This document shows, piece after piece, positions 1 through 12,480 of a stretch of DNA of 64,000 nt. The notes below the pieces were generated by a model. It was given only the letters and a program-made list of their open reading frames with translations. It made no database searches and had not been told where the DNA came from. The translations under genes and the position numbers were made by a program. The stretch comes from Antedon mediterranea (taxonomy: Eukaryota > Animalia > Echinodermata). The stretch is taken from assembly GCF_964355755.1 (NCBI RefSeq), contig NC_092675.1, positions 13,674,912 to 13,738,911 on the forward strand, in the 5' to 3' direction. Position 1 is the stretch's first letter; each line of letters starts with the position of its first letter.

Positions 1-1319
1 AAACTTTTTTACACAAAACACCAAAGTGCTTAGAATAGCTTCAAATCGCATTTGGAGACGTTTTAGACCATTTTGTGATTTTTGAAAAAACTTGTTAACA
101 TAAAAACACCAAAGTGCTTAGAATAGCTTCAAATCACATTTGGAGACGTTTTAGACCATTTTGTGATTTTCGAAAAAACTTGTTAACATAAAACACCAAA
201 GTGCTTAGAATAGCTTCAAATCGCATTTGGAGACGTTTTAGACCATTTTGTGATTTTCGAAAAAACTTGTTAACATAAAAACACGAAAGTGCTTAGAATC
301 ACATTATAAACCGTTTTAGACCATTTTGAGCATTTCGATAACAATTTTCACACAAAAACATCAAAGAGCACAAAATAGCTTAATATCATATTTAAAAATG
401 TTTTAGACCATTTTGAGCATTTAGAAAAAACTTTTTCACACAAAACACCAAAGTGCTTAGAATAGCTTCAAATCGTATTTGGAGACGTTTTAGACCATTT
501 TGAGATTTTCGAAAAAACTTGGTTACACAAAAATATCAAAGTGCTTAAAATCACATTATAAACCGTTTTAGACCATTTTGAGCATTTCGATAACACTTTT
601 CACACAAAAACATCAAAGAGCACAAAATAGCTTAATATCGTATTTAAAAACGTTTTAGACCATTTTGAGCATTTCGACAAAACTTTTTCACACAAAACAC
701 CAAAGTGCTTAGAATAGCTTCAAATCGCATTTGGAGACGTTTTAGACCAATTTGTGCATTTCGATGAAACTTGGTTACACAAAAACATCAAAGTGCTTAA
801 AATCACATTATAAATCGTTTTAGACCATTTTGAGCATTTCGATAACACTTTTCACACAAAAACATCAAAGAGCACAAAATAGCTTAATATCTTATTTAAA
901 AACGTTTTAGACCATTTTGAGCATTTAGACAAAACTTTTTCACACAAAACACCAAAGTGCTTAGAATAGCTTCAAATCGCATTTGGAGACGTTTTAGACC
1001 ATTTTGTGATTTTCAAAAAAACTTGTTAACATAAAAACACCAAAGTGCTTAGAATAGCTTCAAATCGTATTTGGAGACGTTTTAGACCATTTTGTGATTT
1101 TCGAAAAAACTTGTTAACATAAAAACACCAAAGGGTTTAGAATAGCTTTAAATCGCATTTTGAGACGTTTTAGACCATTTTGTGATTTTCGAAAAAACTT
1201 GTTAACATAAAAACACGAAAGTGCTTAGAATAGCTTCAAATCGCATTTGGAAACGTTTTAGACCATTTTGTGATTTTCGAAAAAACTTGTTAACATAAAA
1301 ACACGAAAGTGCTTAGAAT

Positions 1320-4300
1320 AGCTTCAAATCGCATTTGGAAACGTTTTAGACCATTTTGTGATTTTCGAAAAAAATTGTTAACATAAAAACACCAAAGTGC
1401 TTAGAATCACATTATAAACCGTTTTAGACCATTTTGAGCATTTCGATAACAATTTTTACACAAAAACATCAAAGAGCACAAAATAGCTTAATATCGTATT
1501 TAAAAATGTTTTAGACCATTTTGAGCATTTGGATAAAACTTTTTCACACAAAACACCAAAGTGCTTAGAATAGCTTCAAATCGCATTTGGAGACGTTTTA
1601 GACCATTTTGTGATTTTTGAAAAAAACTGTTAACATAAAAACACCAAAGTGCTTAGAATAGCTTCAAATCACATTTGGAGACGTTTTAGACCATTTTGTG
1701 ATATTCGAAAAAACTTGTTAACATAAAAACACGAAAGTGCTTAGAATAGCTTCAAATCGCATTTGGAAACGTTTTAGACCATTTTGTGATTTTCGAAAAA
1801 ACTTGTTAACATAAAAACACCAAAGTGCTTAGAATAGCTTCAAATCGCATTTGGAAACGTTTTAGACCATTTTGTTATTTTCGAAAAAAATTGTTAACAT
1901 AAAAACACCAAAGTGCTTAGAATCACATTATAAACTGTTTTAGACCATTTTGAGCATTTCGATAACAATTTTCACACAAAAACATCAAAGAGCACAAAAT
2001 AGCTTAATATCGTATTTAAAAATGTTTTAGACCATTTTGAGCATTTAGATAAAACTTTTTCACACAAAACACCAAAGTGCTTAGAATAGCTTCAAATCGC
2101 ATTTGGAGACGTTTTAGACCATTTTGTGATTTTTGAAAAAACTTGTTAACATAAAAACACCAAAGTGCTTAGAATAGCTTCAAATCACATTTGGAGACGT
2201 TTTAGACCATTTTGTGATTTTCGAAAAAACTTGTTAACATAAAAACACGAAAGTGCTTAGAATAGCTTCAAATCGCATTTGGAAACGTTTTAGACCATTT
2301 TGTGATTTTCGAAAAAACTTGTTAACATAAAAACACGAAAGTGCTTAGAATAGCTTCAAATCGCATTTGGAAACGTTTTAGACCATTTTGTGATTTTCGA
2401 AAAAAATTGTTAACATAAAAACACCAAAGTGTTTAGAATAGCTTCAAATCGCATTTGGAGACGTTTTAGACCAATTTGTGATTTTCGAAAAAACTTATCA
2501 ACATAAAAACACCAAAGGGTTTAGAATAGCTTCAAATCGCATTTGGAGACGTTTTAGACCATTTTGTGATTTTCGAAAAAACTTGTTAACATAAAAACAC
2601 GAAAGTGCTTAGAATAGCTTCAAATCGCATTTGGAAACGTTTTAGACCATTTTGTGATTTTCGAAAAAACTTGTTAACATAAAAACATGAAAGTGCTTAG
2701 AATAGCTTCAAATCGTATTTGGAGACGTTTTAGACCATTTTGTGATTTTCGAAAAAACTTGTTAACATAAAAACACCAAAGTGCTTAGAATAGCTTCAAA
2801 TCGCATTTGGAGACGTTTTAGACCATTTTGTGCATTTCGATGAAACTTGGTTACACAAAAACATCAAAGTGCTTAAAATCACATTATAAACCATTTTAGA
2901 CCATTTTGAGCATTTCGATAACACTTTTCACACAAAAACATCAAAGAGCACAAAATAGCTTAATATCGTATTTAAAAACGTTTTAGACCATTTTGAGCAT
3001 TTCGACAAAACTTTTTCACACAAAACACCAAAGTGCTTAGAATAGCTTCAAATCGCATTTGGAAACGTTTTAGACCATTTTGTGATTTTCGAAAAAAATT
3101 GTTAACATAAAAACACCAAAGTGCTTAGAATCACATTATAAACCGTTTTAGACCATTTTGAGCATTTCGATAACAATTTTCACACAAAAACATCAAAGAG
3201 CACAAATTAGCTTAATATCGTATTTAAAAATGTTTTAGACCATTTTGAGCATTTGGATAAAACTTTTTCACACAAAACACCAAAGTGCTTAGAATAGCTT
3301 CAAATCGCATTTGGAGACGTTTTAGACCATTTTGTGATTTTTGAAAAAAATTGTTAACATAAAAACACCAAAGTGCTTAGAATAGCTTCAAATCACATTT
3401 GGAGACGTTTTAGACCATTTTGTGATATTCGAAAAAACTTGTTAACATAAAAACACGAAAGTGCTTAGAATAGCTTCAAATCGCATTTGGAAACGTTTTA
3501 GACCATTTTGTGATTTTCGAAAAAACTTGTTAACATAAAAACACCAAAGTGCTTAGAATAGCTTCAAATCGCATTTGGAAACGTTTTAGACCATTTTGTT
3601 ATTTTCGAAAAAAATTGTTAACATAAAAACACCAAAGTGCTTAGAATCACATTATAAACCGTTTTAGACCATTTTGAGCATTTCGATAACAATTTTCACA
3701 CAAAAACATCAAAGAGCACAAAATAGCTTAATATCGTATTTAAAAATGTTTTAGACCATTTTGAGCATTTAGATAAAACTTTTTCACACAAAACACCAAA
3801 GTGCTTAGAATAGCTTCAAATCGCATTTGGAGACGTTTTAGACCATTTTGTGATTTTTGAAAAAACTTGTTAACATAAAAACACCAAAGTGCTTAGAATA
3901 GCTTCAAATCACATTTGGAGACGTTTTAGACCATTTTGTGATTTTCGAAAATACTTGTTAACATAAAAACACGAAAGTGCTTAGAATAGCTTCAAATCGC
4001 ATTTGGAAACGTTTTAGACCATTTTGTGATTTTCGAAAAAACTTGTTAACATAAAAACACGAAAGTGCTTAGAATAGCTTCAAATCGCATTTGGAAACGT
4101 TTTAGACCATTTTGTGATTTTCGAAAAAAATTGTTAACATAAAAACACCAAAGTGTTTAGAATAGCTTCAAATCGCATTTGGAGACGTTTTAGACCAATT
4201 TGTGATTTTCGAAAAAAGTTATCAACATAAAAACACCAAAGGGTTTAGAATAGCTTCAAATCGCATTTGGAGACGTTTTAGACCATTTTGTGATTTTCGA

Positions 4301-4770
4301 AAAAACTTGTTAACATAAAAACACGAAAGTGCTTAGAATAGCTTCAAATCGCATTTGGAAACGTTTTAGACCATTTTGTGATTTTCGAAAAAACTTGTTA
4401 ACATAAAAACATGAAAGTGCTTAGAATAGCTTCAAATCGTATTTGGAGACGTTTTAGACCATTTTGTGATTTTCGAAAAAACTTGTTAACATAAAAACAC
4501 CAAAGTGCTTAGAATAGCTTCAAATCGCATTTGGAGACGTTTTAGACCATGTTGTGCATTTCGATGAAACTTGGTAACACAAAAACATCAAAGTGCTTAA
4601 AATCACATTATAAACCATTTTAGACCATTTTGAGCATTTCGATAACACTTTTCACACAAAAACATCAAAGAGCACAAAATAGCTTAATATCGTATTTAAA
4701 AACGTTTTAGACCATTTTGAGCATTTCGACAAAACTTTTTCACACAAAACACCAAAGTGCTTAGAATAGC
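1320..4770 (+). repeat. Tandem higher-order duplication, 2 x 1724 bp (20 monomers: 3 x 252 + 11 x 88)
   Basis: Rare variants recur at a 1724 offset: ATATTCG 1701/3425 and AAAAACATGA 2681/4405. The same pair is repeated at about 41.55-45.0 kb. Ends are approximate. Confidence 0.85.
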
Positions 4771-6370
4771 TTCAAATCGCATTTGGAGACGTTTTAGACC
4801 ATTTTGTGATTTTCGAAAAAACTTGTTAACATAAAAACATCAAAGTGTACAGAATAACTTCAAATCGCATTTGGAGACCGTTTTAGGCCAATTTGTGATT
4901 TTCGAAAAAACTTGTTAACCTAAAAATACCAAAGTGTTTAGAATAGCTTCAAATCGCATTTGGAGACGTTTTAGACCATTTTGTGATTTTCGAAAAAACT
5001 TGTTAACATAAAAACACCAAAGTGCTTCAAATCGCATTTGGAGACATTTTAGACCAATTTGTGATTTTTGAAAAAACTTGTTAACATAAAAACACCAAAG
5101 TGCTTACAATAGCTTCAAATCGCATTTGGAGACGTTTTAGACCATTTTATGCATTTCGATGAAACTTGGTTACACAAAAACATCAAAGTGCTTAAAATCA
5201 CATTATAATCCGTTTTAGACCATTTTGAGCATTTCGATAACACTTTTCACACAAAAACATCAAAGAGCACAAAATAGCTTAATATCGTATTTAAAAACGT
5301 TTTATACCATTTTGAGCATTTCGACAAAACTTTTTCACACAAAACACCAAAGTGCTTAGAATAGCTTCAAATCGCATTTGGAGACGTTTTAGACCATTTT
5401 GTGATTTTCGAAAAAACTTGTCAACATAAAAACACCAAAGTGTTTAGAATAGCTTCAAATCGCATTGTGAGACGTGTTAGACCAATTTGTGATTTTCGAA
5501 AAAACTTATCAACATAAAAACACCAAAGGGTTTAGAATATCTTCAAATCGCATTTGGAGACGTTTTAGACCATTTTGTGATTTTCGAAAAAAATTGTTAA
5601 CATAAAAACACCAAAGTGCTTAGAATCACATTATAAACCGTTTTAGACCATTTTGAGCATTTCGATAACAATTTTCACACAAAAACATCAAAGAGCACAA
5701 AATAGCTTAATATCGTATTTAAAAATGTTTTAGACCATTTTGAGCATTTGGATAAAACTTTTTCACACAAAACACCAAAGTGCTTAGAATAGCTTCAAAT
5801 CGCATTTGGAGACGTTTTAGACCATTTTGTGATTTTTGAAAAAACTTGTTAACATAAAAACACCAAAGTGCTTAGAATAGCTTCAAATCACATTTTGATA
5901 CGTTTTAGCCCATTTTGTGATTTTCGAAAAAACATGTTAACATAAAAACACGAAAGTGCTTAGAATAGCTTCAAATCACATTTGGAGACGTTTTAGACCA
6001 TTTTGTGATTTTTGAAAAAACTTGTTAACATAAAAACACGAAAGTGCTTAGAATAGCTTCAAATCGCATTTGGAAACGTTTTAGACCATTTTGTGATTTT
6101 CGAAAAAGATTGTTAACATAAAAACACCAAAGTGCTTAGAATCACATTATAAACCGTTTTAGACCATTTTGAGCATTTCGATAACAATTTTCACACAAAA
6201 ACATCAAAGAGCACAAAATAGCTTAATATCGTATTTAAAAATGTTTTAGACCATTTTGAGCATTTAGATAAAACTTTTTCACACAAAACACCAAAGTGCT
6301 TAGAATAGCTTCAAATCGCATTTGGAGACGGTTTAGACCATTTTGTGATTTTGAAAAAACTTGTTAACAT

Positions 6371-6458
6371 AAAAACACCAAAGTGCTTAGAATAGCTTCA
6401 AATCGCATTTGGAGACGTTTTAGACCATTTTGTGATTTTCGAAAAAACTTGTTAACAT
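6371..6458 (+). repeat. Representative type A monomer, 88 bp (dominant unit)
   Basis: AAAAACACCAAAGTGCTTAGAATAGCTTCAAATCGCATTTGGAGACGTTTTAGACCATTTTGTGATTTTCGAAAAAACTTGTTAACAT. The next head starts at 6459; likewise 1121 to 1209 is 88 bp. 28 of 88 bases are G+C. Confidence 0.97.
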
Positions 6459-6546
6459 AAAAACACCAAAGTGCTTAGAATAGCTTCAAATCGTATTTGG
6501 AGACGTTTTAGACCATTTTGAGATTTTCGAAAAAACTTGGTTACAC

Positions 6547-6623
6547 AAAAACATCAAAGTGCTTAAAATCACATTATAAACCGTTTTAGACCATTTTGAG
6601 CATTTCGATAACACTTTTCACAC
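6547..6623 (+). repeat. Representative type B monomer, 77 bp
   Basis: AAAAACATCAAAGTGCTTAAAATCACATTATAAACCGTTTTAGACCATTTTGAGCATTTCGATAACACTTTTCACAC. It aligns to A with a 10-bp gap after GTGCTTA and a 1-bp shorter tail. Confidence 0.96.
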
Positions 6624-6711
6624 AAAAACATCAAAGAGCACAAAATAGCTTAATATCGTATTTAAAAACGTTTTAGACCATTTTGAGCATTTCGACAAAA
6701 CTTTTTCACAC
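6624..6711 (+). repeat. Representative type C monomer, 88 bp; follows B and precedes an 87-bp A (head AAAACACC)
   Basis: AAAAACATCAAAGAGCACAAAATAGCTTAATATCGTATTTAAAAACGTTTTAGACCATTTTGAGCATTTCGACAAAACTTTTTCACAC. It is colinear with A. Confidence 0.96.
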
Positions 6712-9114
6712 AAAACACCAAAGTGCTTAGAATAGCTTCAAATCGCATTTGGAGACGTTTTAGACCAATTTGTGATTTTTGAAAAAACTTGTTAACATAA
6801 AAACACCAAAGTGCTTAGAATAGCTTCAAATCACATTTGGAGACGTTTTAGACCATTTTGTGATTTTCGAAAAAACTTGTTAACATAAAAACACGAAAGT
6901 GCTTAGAATAGCTTCAAATCGCATTTGGAGACGTTTTAGAACATTTTGTGTTTTTCGAAAAAAACTGTTAACATAAAAACACCAAAGTGCTTAGAATAGC
7001 TTCAAATCGCATTTGGAGACGTTTTAGACCATTTTGTGATTTTTGAAAAAATTTGTTAACATAAAAACACCAAAGTGCTTAGAATAGCTTCAAATCACAT
7101 TTGGAGACGTTTTAGACCATTTTGTGATTTTCGAAAAAACTTGTTAACATAAAAACACGAAAGTGCTTAGAATAGCTTCAAATCGCATTTGGAAACGTTT
7201 TAGACCATTTTGTGATTTTCGAAAAAACTTGTTAACATAAAAACACCAAAGTGTTTAGAATAGCTTCAAATCGCATTTGGAGACGTTTTAGACCAATTTG
7301 TGATTTTCGAAAAAACTTATCAACATAAAAACACCAAAGTGCTTAGAATAGCTTCAAATCGCATTTGGAGACGGTTTAGACCATTTTGTGATTTTGAAAA
7401 AACTTGTTAACATAAAAACACCAAAGTGCTTAGAATAGCTTCAAATCGCATTTGGAGACGTTTTAGACCATTTTGTGATTTTCGAAAAAACTTGTTAACA
7501 TAAAAACACCAAAGTGCTTAGAATAGCTTCAAATCGTATTTGGAGACGTTTTAGACCATTTTGAGATTTTCGAAAAAACTTGGTTACACAAAAACATCAA
7601 AGTGCTTAAAATCACATTATAAACCGTTTTAGACCATTTTGAACATTTCGATAACACTTTTCACACAAAAACATCAAAGAGCACAAAATAGCTTAATATC
7701 GTATTTAAAAACGTTTTGGACCATTTTGAGCATTTCGACAAAACTTTTTCACACAAAACACCAAAGTGCTTAGAATAGCTTCAAATCGCATTTGGAGACG
7801 TTTTAGACCAATTTGTGCATTTCGATGAAACTTGATTACACAAAAACATCAACGTGCTTAAAATCACATTATAAACCGTTTTAGACCATTTTGAGCATTT
7901 CGATAACACTTTTCACACAAAAACATCAAAGAGCACAAAATAGCTTAATATCGTATTTAAAAACGTTTTAGACCATTTTGAGCATTTAGACAAAACTTTT
8001 TCACACAAAACACCAAAGTGCTTAGAATAGCTTCAAATCGCATTTGGAGACGTTTTAGACCATTTTGTGCATTTCGATGAAACTTGGTTACACAAAAACA
8101 TCAAAGTGCTTAAAATCACATTATAAATCGTTTTAGACCATTTTGAGGATTTCGACAAAACTTTTTCACACCAAATACCAAAGGGCTTAGAATAGCTTCA
8201 AATCGCATTTGGAGACGTTTTAGACCATTTTGTGATTTTCGAAAAAACTTTTTAACATAAAAACACCAAAGTGCTTAGAATAGCTTCAAATCACATTTGG
8301 AGACGTTTTAGACCATTTTGTGATTTTCGAAAAAACTTGTTAACATAAAAACACGAAAGTGCTTAGAATAGCTTCAAATCGCAATTGGAAACGTTTTAGA
8401 CCATTTTGTGATTTTCGAAAAAAATTGTTAACATAAAAACACCAAAGTGCTTAGAATCACATTATAAACCGTTTTAGACCATTTTGAGCATTTCGATAAC
8501 AATTTTCACACAAAAACATCAAAGAGCACAAAATAGCTTAATATCGTATTTAAAAATGTTTTAGACCATTTTGAGCATTTAGATAAAACTTTTTCACACA
8601 AAACACCAAAGTGCTTAGAATAGCTTCAAATCGCATTTGGAGACGTTTTAGACCATTTTGTGATTTTTGAAAAAACTTGTTAACATAAAAACACCAAAGT
8701 GCTTAGAATAGCTTCAAATCACATTTGGAGACGTTTTAGACCATTTTGTGATTTTCGAAAAAACTTGTTAACATAAAAACACGAAAGTGCTTAGAATAGC
8801 TTCAAATCGCATTTGGAAACGTTTTAGACCATTTTGTGATTTTCGAAAAAACTTGTTAACATAAAAACACGAAAGTGCTTAGAATAGCTTCAAATCGCAT
8901 TTGGAAACGTTTTAGACCATTTTGTGATTTTCGAAAAAAATTTTTAACATAAAAACACCAAAGTGTTTAGAATAGCTTCAAATCGCATTTGGAGACGTTT
9001 TAGACCAATTTGTGATTTTCGAAAAAACTTATCAACATAAAAACACCAAAGGGTTTAGAATAGCTTCAAATCGCATTTGGAGACGTTTTAGACCATTTTG
9101 TGATTTTGAAAAAA

Positions 9115-12100
9115 CTTGTTAACATAAAAACACCAAAGTGCTTAGAATAGCTTCAAATCGCATTTGGAGACGTTTTTGACCATTTTGTGATTTTCGAAAA
9201 AACTTGTTAACATAAAAACACCAAAGTGCTTAGAATAGCTTCAAATCGTATTTGGAGACGTTTTAGACCATTTTGAGATTTTCGAAAAAACTTGGTTACA
9301 CAAAAACATCAAAGTGCTTAAAATCACATTATAAACCGTTTTAGACCATTTTGAGTATTTCGATAACACTTTTCACACAAAAACATCAAAGAGCACAAAA
9401 TAGCTTAATATCGTATTTAAAAACGTTTTAGACCATTTTGAGCATTTCGACAAAACTTTTTCACACAAAACACCAAAGTGCTTAGAATAGCTTCAAATCG
9501 CATTTGGAGACGTTTTAGACCAATTTGTGCATTTCGATGAAACTTGATTACACAAAAACATCAAAGTGCTTAAAATCACATTATAAACCGTTTTAGACCA
9601 TTTTGAGCATTTCGATAACACTTTTCACACAAAAACATCAAAGAGCACAAAATAGCTTAATATCGTATTTAAAAACGTTTTAGACCATTTTGAGCATTTA
9701 GACAAAACTTTTTCACACAAAACACCAAAGTGCTTAGAATAGCTTCAAATCGCATTTGGAGACGTTTTAGACCATTTTGTGCATTTCGATGAAACTTGGT
9801 TACGCAAAAACATCAAAGTGCTTAAAATCACATTATAAATCGTTTTAGACCATTTTGAGCATTTCGACAAAACTTTTTCACACAAAATACCAAAGTGCTT
9901 AGAATAGCTTCAAATCGCATTTGGAGACGTTTTAGACCATTTTGTGATTTTCGAAAAAACTTTTTAACATAAAAACACCAAAGTGCTTAGAATAGCTTCA
10001 AATCACATTTGGAGACGTTTTAGACCATAAGTGCTTAGAATCACATTATAAACCGTTTTAGACCATTTTGAGCATTTCGATAACAATTTTAACACAAAAA
10101 CATCAAAGAGCACAAAATAGCTTAATATCGTATTTAAAAATGTTTTAGACCATTTTGAGCATTTAGATAAAACTTTTTCACACAAAACACCAAAGTGCTT
10201 AGAATAGCTTCAAATCGCATTTGGAGACGTTTTAGACCAATTTGTGATTTTTGAAAAAACTTGTTAACATAAAAACACCAAAGTGCTTAGAATAGCTTCA
10301 AATCACATTTGGAGACGTTTTAGACCATTTTGTGATTTTGAACAAACTTGTTAACATAAAAACACCAAAGTGCTTAGAATAGCTTCAAATCGCATTTGGA
10401 GACGTTTTAGACCATTTTGTGATTTTCGAAAAAACTTGTTAACATAAAAACACCAAAGTGCTTAGAATAGCTTCAAATCGTATTTGGAGACGTTTTAGAC
10501 CATTTTGAAATTTTCGAAAAAACTTGGTTACACAAAAACATCAAAGTGCTTAAAATCACATTATAAACCGTTTTAGACCATTTTGAGCATTTCGATAACA
10601 CTTTTCACACAAAAACATCAAAGAGCACAAAATAGCTTAATATCGTATTTAAAAACGTTTTAGACCATTTTGAGCATTTCGACAAAACTTTTTCACACAA
10701 AACACCAAAGTGCTTAGAATAGCTTCAAATCGCATTTGGAGACGTTTTAGACCAATTTGTGCATTTCGATGAAACTTGATTACACAAAAACATCAAAGTG
10801 CTTAAAATCACATTATAAACCGTTTTAGACCATTTTGAGCATTTCGATAACACTTTTCACACAAAAACATCAAAGAGCACAAAATAGCTTAATATCGTAT
10901 TTAAAAACGTTTTAGACCATTTTGAGCATTTAGACAAAACTTTTTCACACAAAACACCAAAGTGCTTAGAATAGCTTCAAATCGCATTTGGAGACGTTTT
11001 AGACCATTTTGTGCATTTCGATGAAACTTGGTTACACAAAAACATCAAAGTGCTTAAAATCACATTATAAATCGTTTTAGACCATTTTGAGCATTTCGAC
11101 AAAACTTTTTCACACAAAATACCAAAGTGCTTAGAATAGCTTCAAATCGCATTTGGAGACGTTTTAGACCATTTTGTGATTTTCGAAAAAACTTTTTAAC
11201 ATAAAAACACCAAAGTGCTTAGAATAGCTTCAAATCACATTTGGAGACGTTTTAGACCATAAGTGCTTAGAATCACATTATAAACCGTTTTAGACCATTT
11301 TGAGCATTTCGATAACAATTTTAACACAAAAACATCAAAGAGCACAAAATAGCTTAATATCGTATTTAAAAATGTTTTAGACCATTTTGAGCATTTAGAT
11401 AAAACTTTTTCACACAAAACACCAAAGTGCTTAGAATAGCTTCAAATCGCATTTGGAGACGTTTTAGACCAATTTGTGATTTTTGAAAAAACTTGTTAAC
11501 ATAAAAACACCAAAGTGCTTAGAATAGCTTCAAATCACATTTGGAGACGTTTTAGACCATTTTGTGATTTTGAACAAACTTGTTAACATAAAAACACCAA
11601 AGTGCTTAGAATAGCTTCAAATCGCATTTGGAGACGTTTTAGACCATTTTGTGATTTTCGAAAAAACTTGTTAACATAAAAACACCAAAGTGCTTAGAAT
11701 AGCTTCAAATCGTATTTGGAGACGTTTTAGACCATTTTGAGATTTTCGAAAAAACTTGGTTACACAAAAACATCAAAGTGCTTAAAATCACATTATAAAC
11801 CGTTTTAGACCATTTTGAGCATTTCGATAACACTTTTCACACAAAAACATCAAAGAGCACAAAATAGCTTAATATCGTATTTAAAAACGTTTTAGACCAT
11901 TTTGAGCATTTCGACAAAACTTTTTCACACAAAACACCAAAGTGCTTAGAATAGCTTCAAATCGCATTTGGAGACGTTTTAGACCAATTTGTGCATTTCG
12001 ATGAAACTTGATTACACAAAAACATCAAAGTGCTTAAAATCACATTATAAACCGTTTTAGACCATTTTGAGCATTTCGATAACACTTTTCACACAAAAAC

Positions 12101-12480
12101 ATCAAAGAGCACAAAATAGCTTAATATCGTATTTAAAAACGTTTTAGACCATTTTGAGCATTTAGACAAAACTTTTTCACACAAAACACCAAAGTGCTTA
12201 GAATAGCTTCAAATCGCATTTGGAGACGTTTTAGACCATTTTGTGCATTTCGATGAAACTTGGTTACACAAAAACATCAAAGTGCTTAAAATCACATTAT
12301 AAATCGTTTTAGACCATTTTGAGCATTTCGACAAAACTTTTTCACACAAAATACCAAAGTGCTTAGAATAGCTTCAAATCGCATTTCGAGACGTTCTAGA
12401 CCATTTTGTGATTTTCGAAAAAACTTTTTAACATAAAAACACCAAAGTGCTTAGAATAGCTTCAAATCACATTTGGAGAC
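9115..12480 (+). repeat. Tandem higher-order repeat, about 2.7 x 1232 bp
   Basis: Identical minus-strand ORFs at 10003 and 11235 (offset 1232). The GACCATAAGTG deletion junction and the TTTTGAACAAAC variant repeat at the same offset. Ends are approximate. Confidence 0.8.

Noticed and set aside
301-310. TATAAA (TATA-like) motif in B monomers
   Set aside because: It is a short AT-rich motif repeated as part of the satellite, with no downstream gene. Promoter function is unsupported.
6646-6745. tRNA or Pol III A-box-like TAGCTTAAT in C and B-box-like CTTCAAATC in A
   Set aside because: The matches are partial (the B-box lacks the conserved G of GTTC), they lie about 90 bp apart, and no cloverleaf can be formed. 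Such matches are expected by chance.
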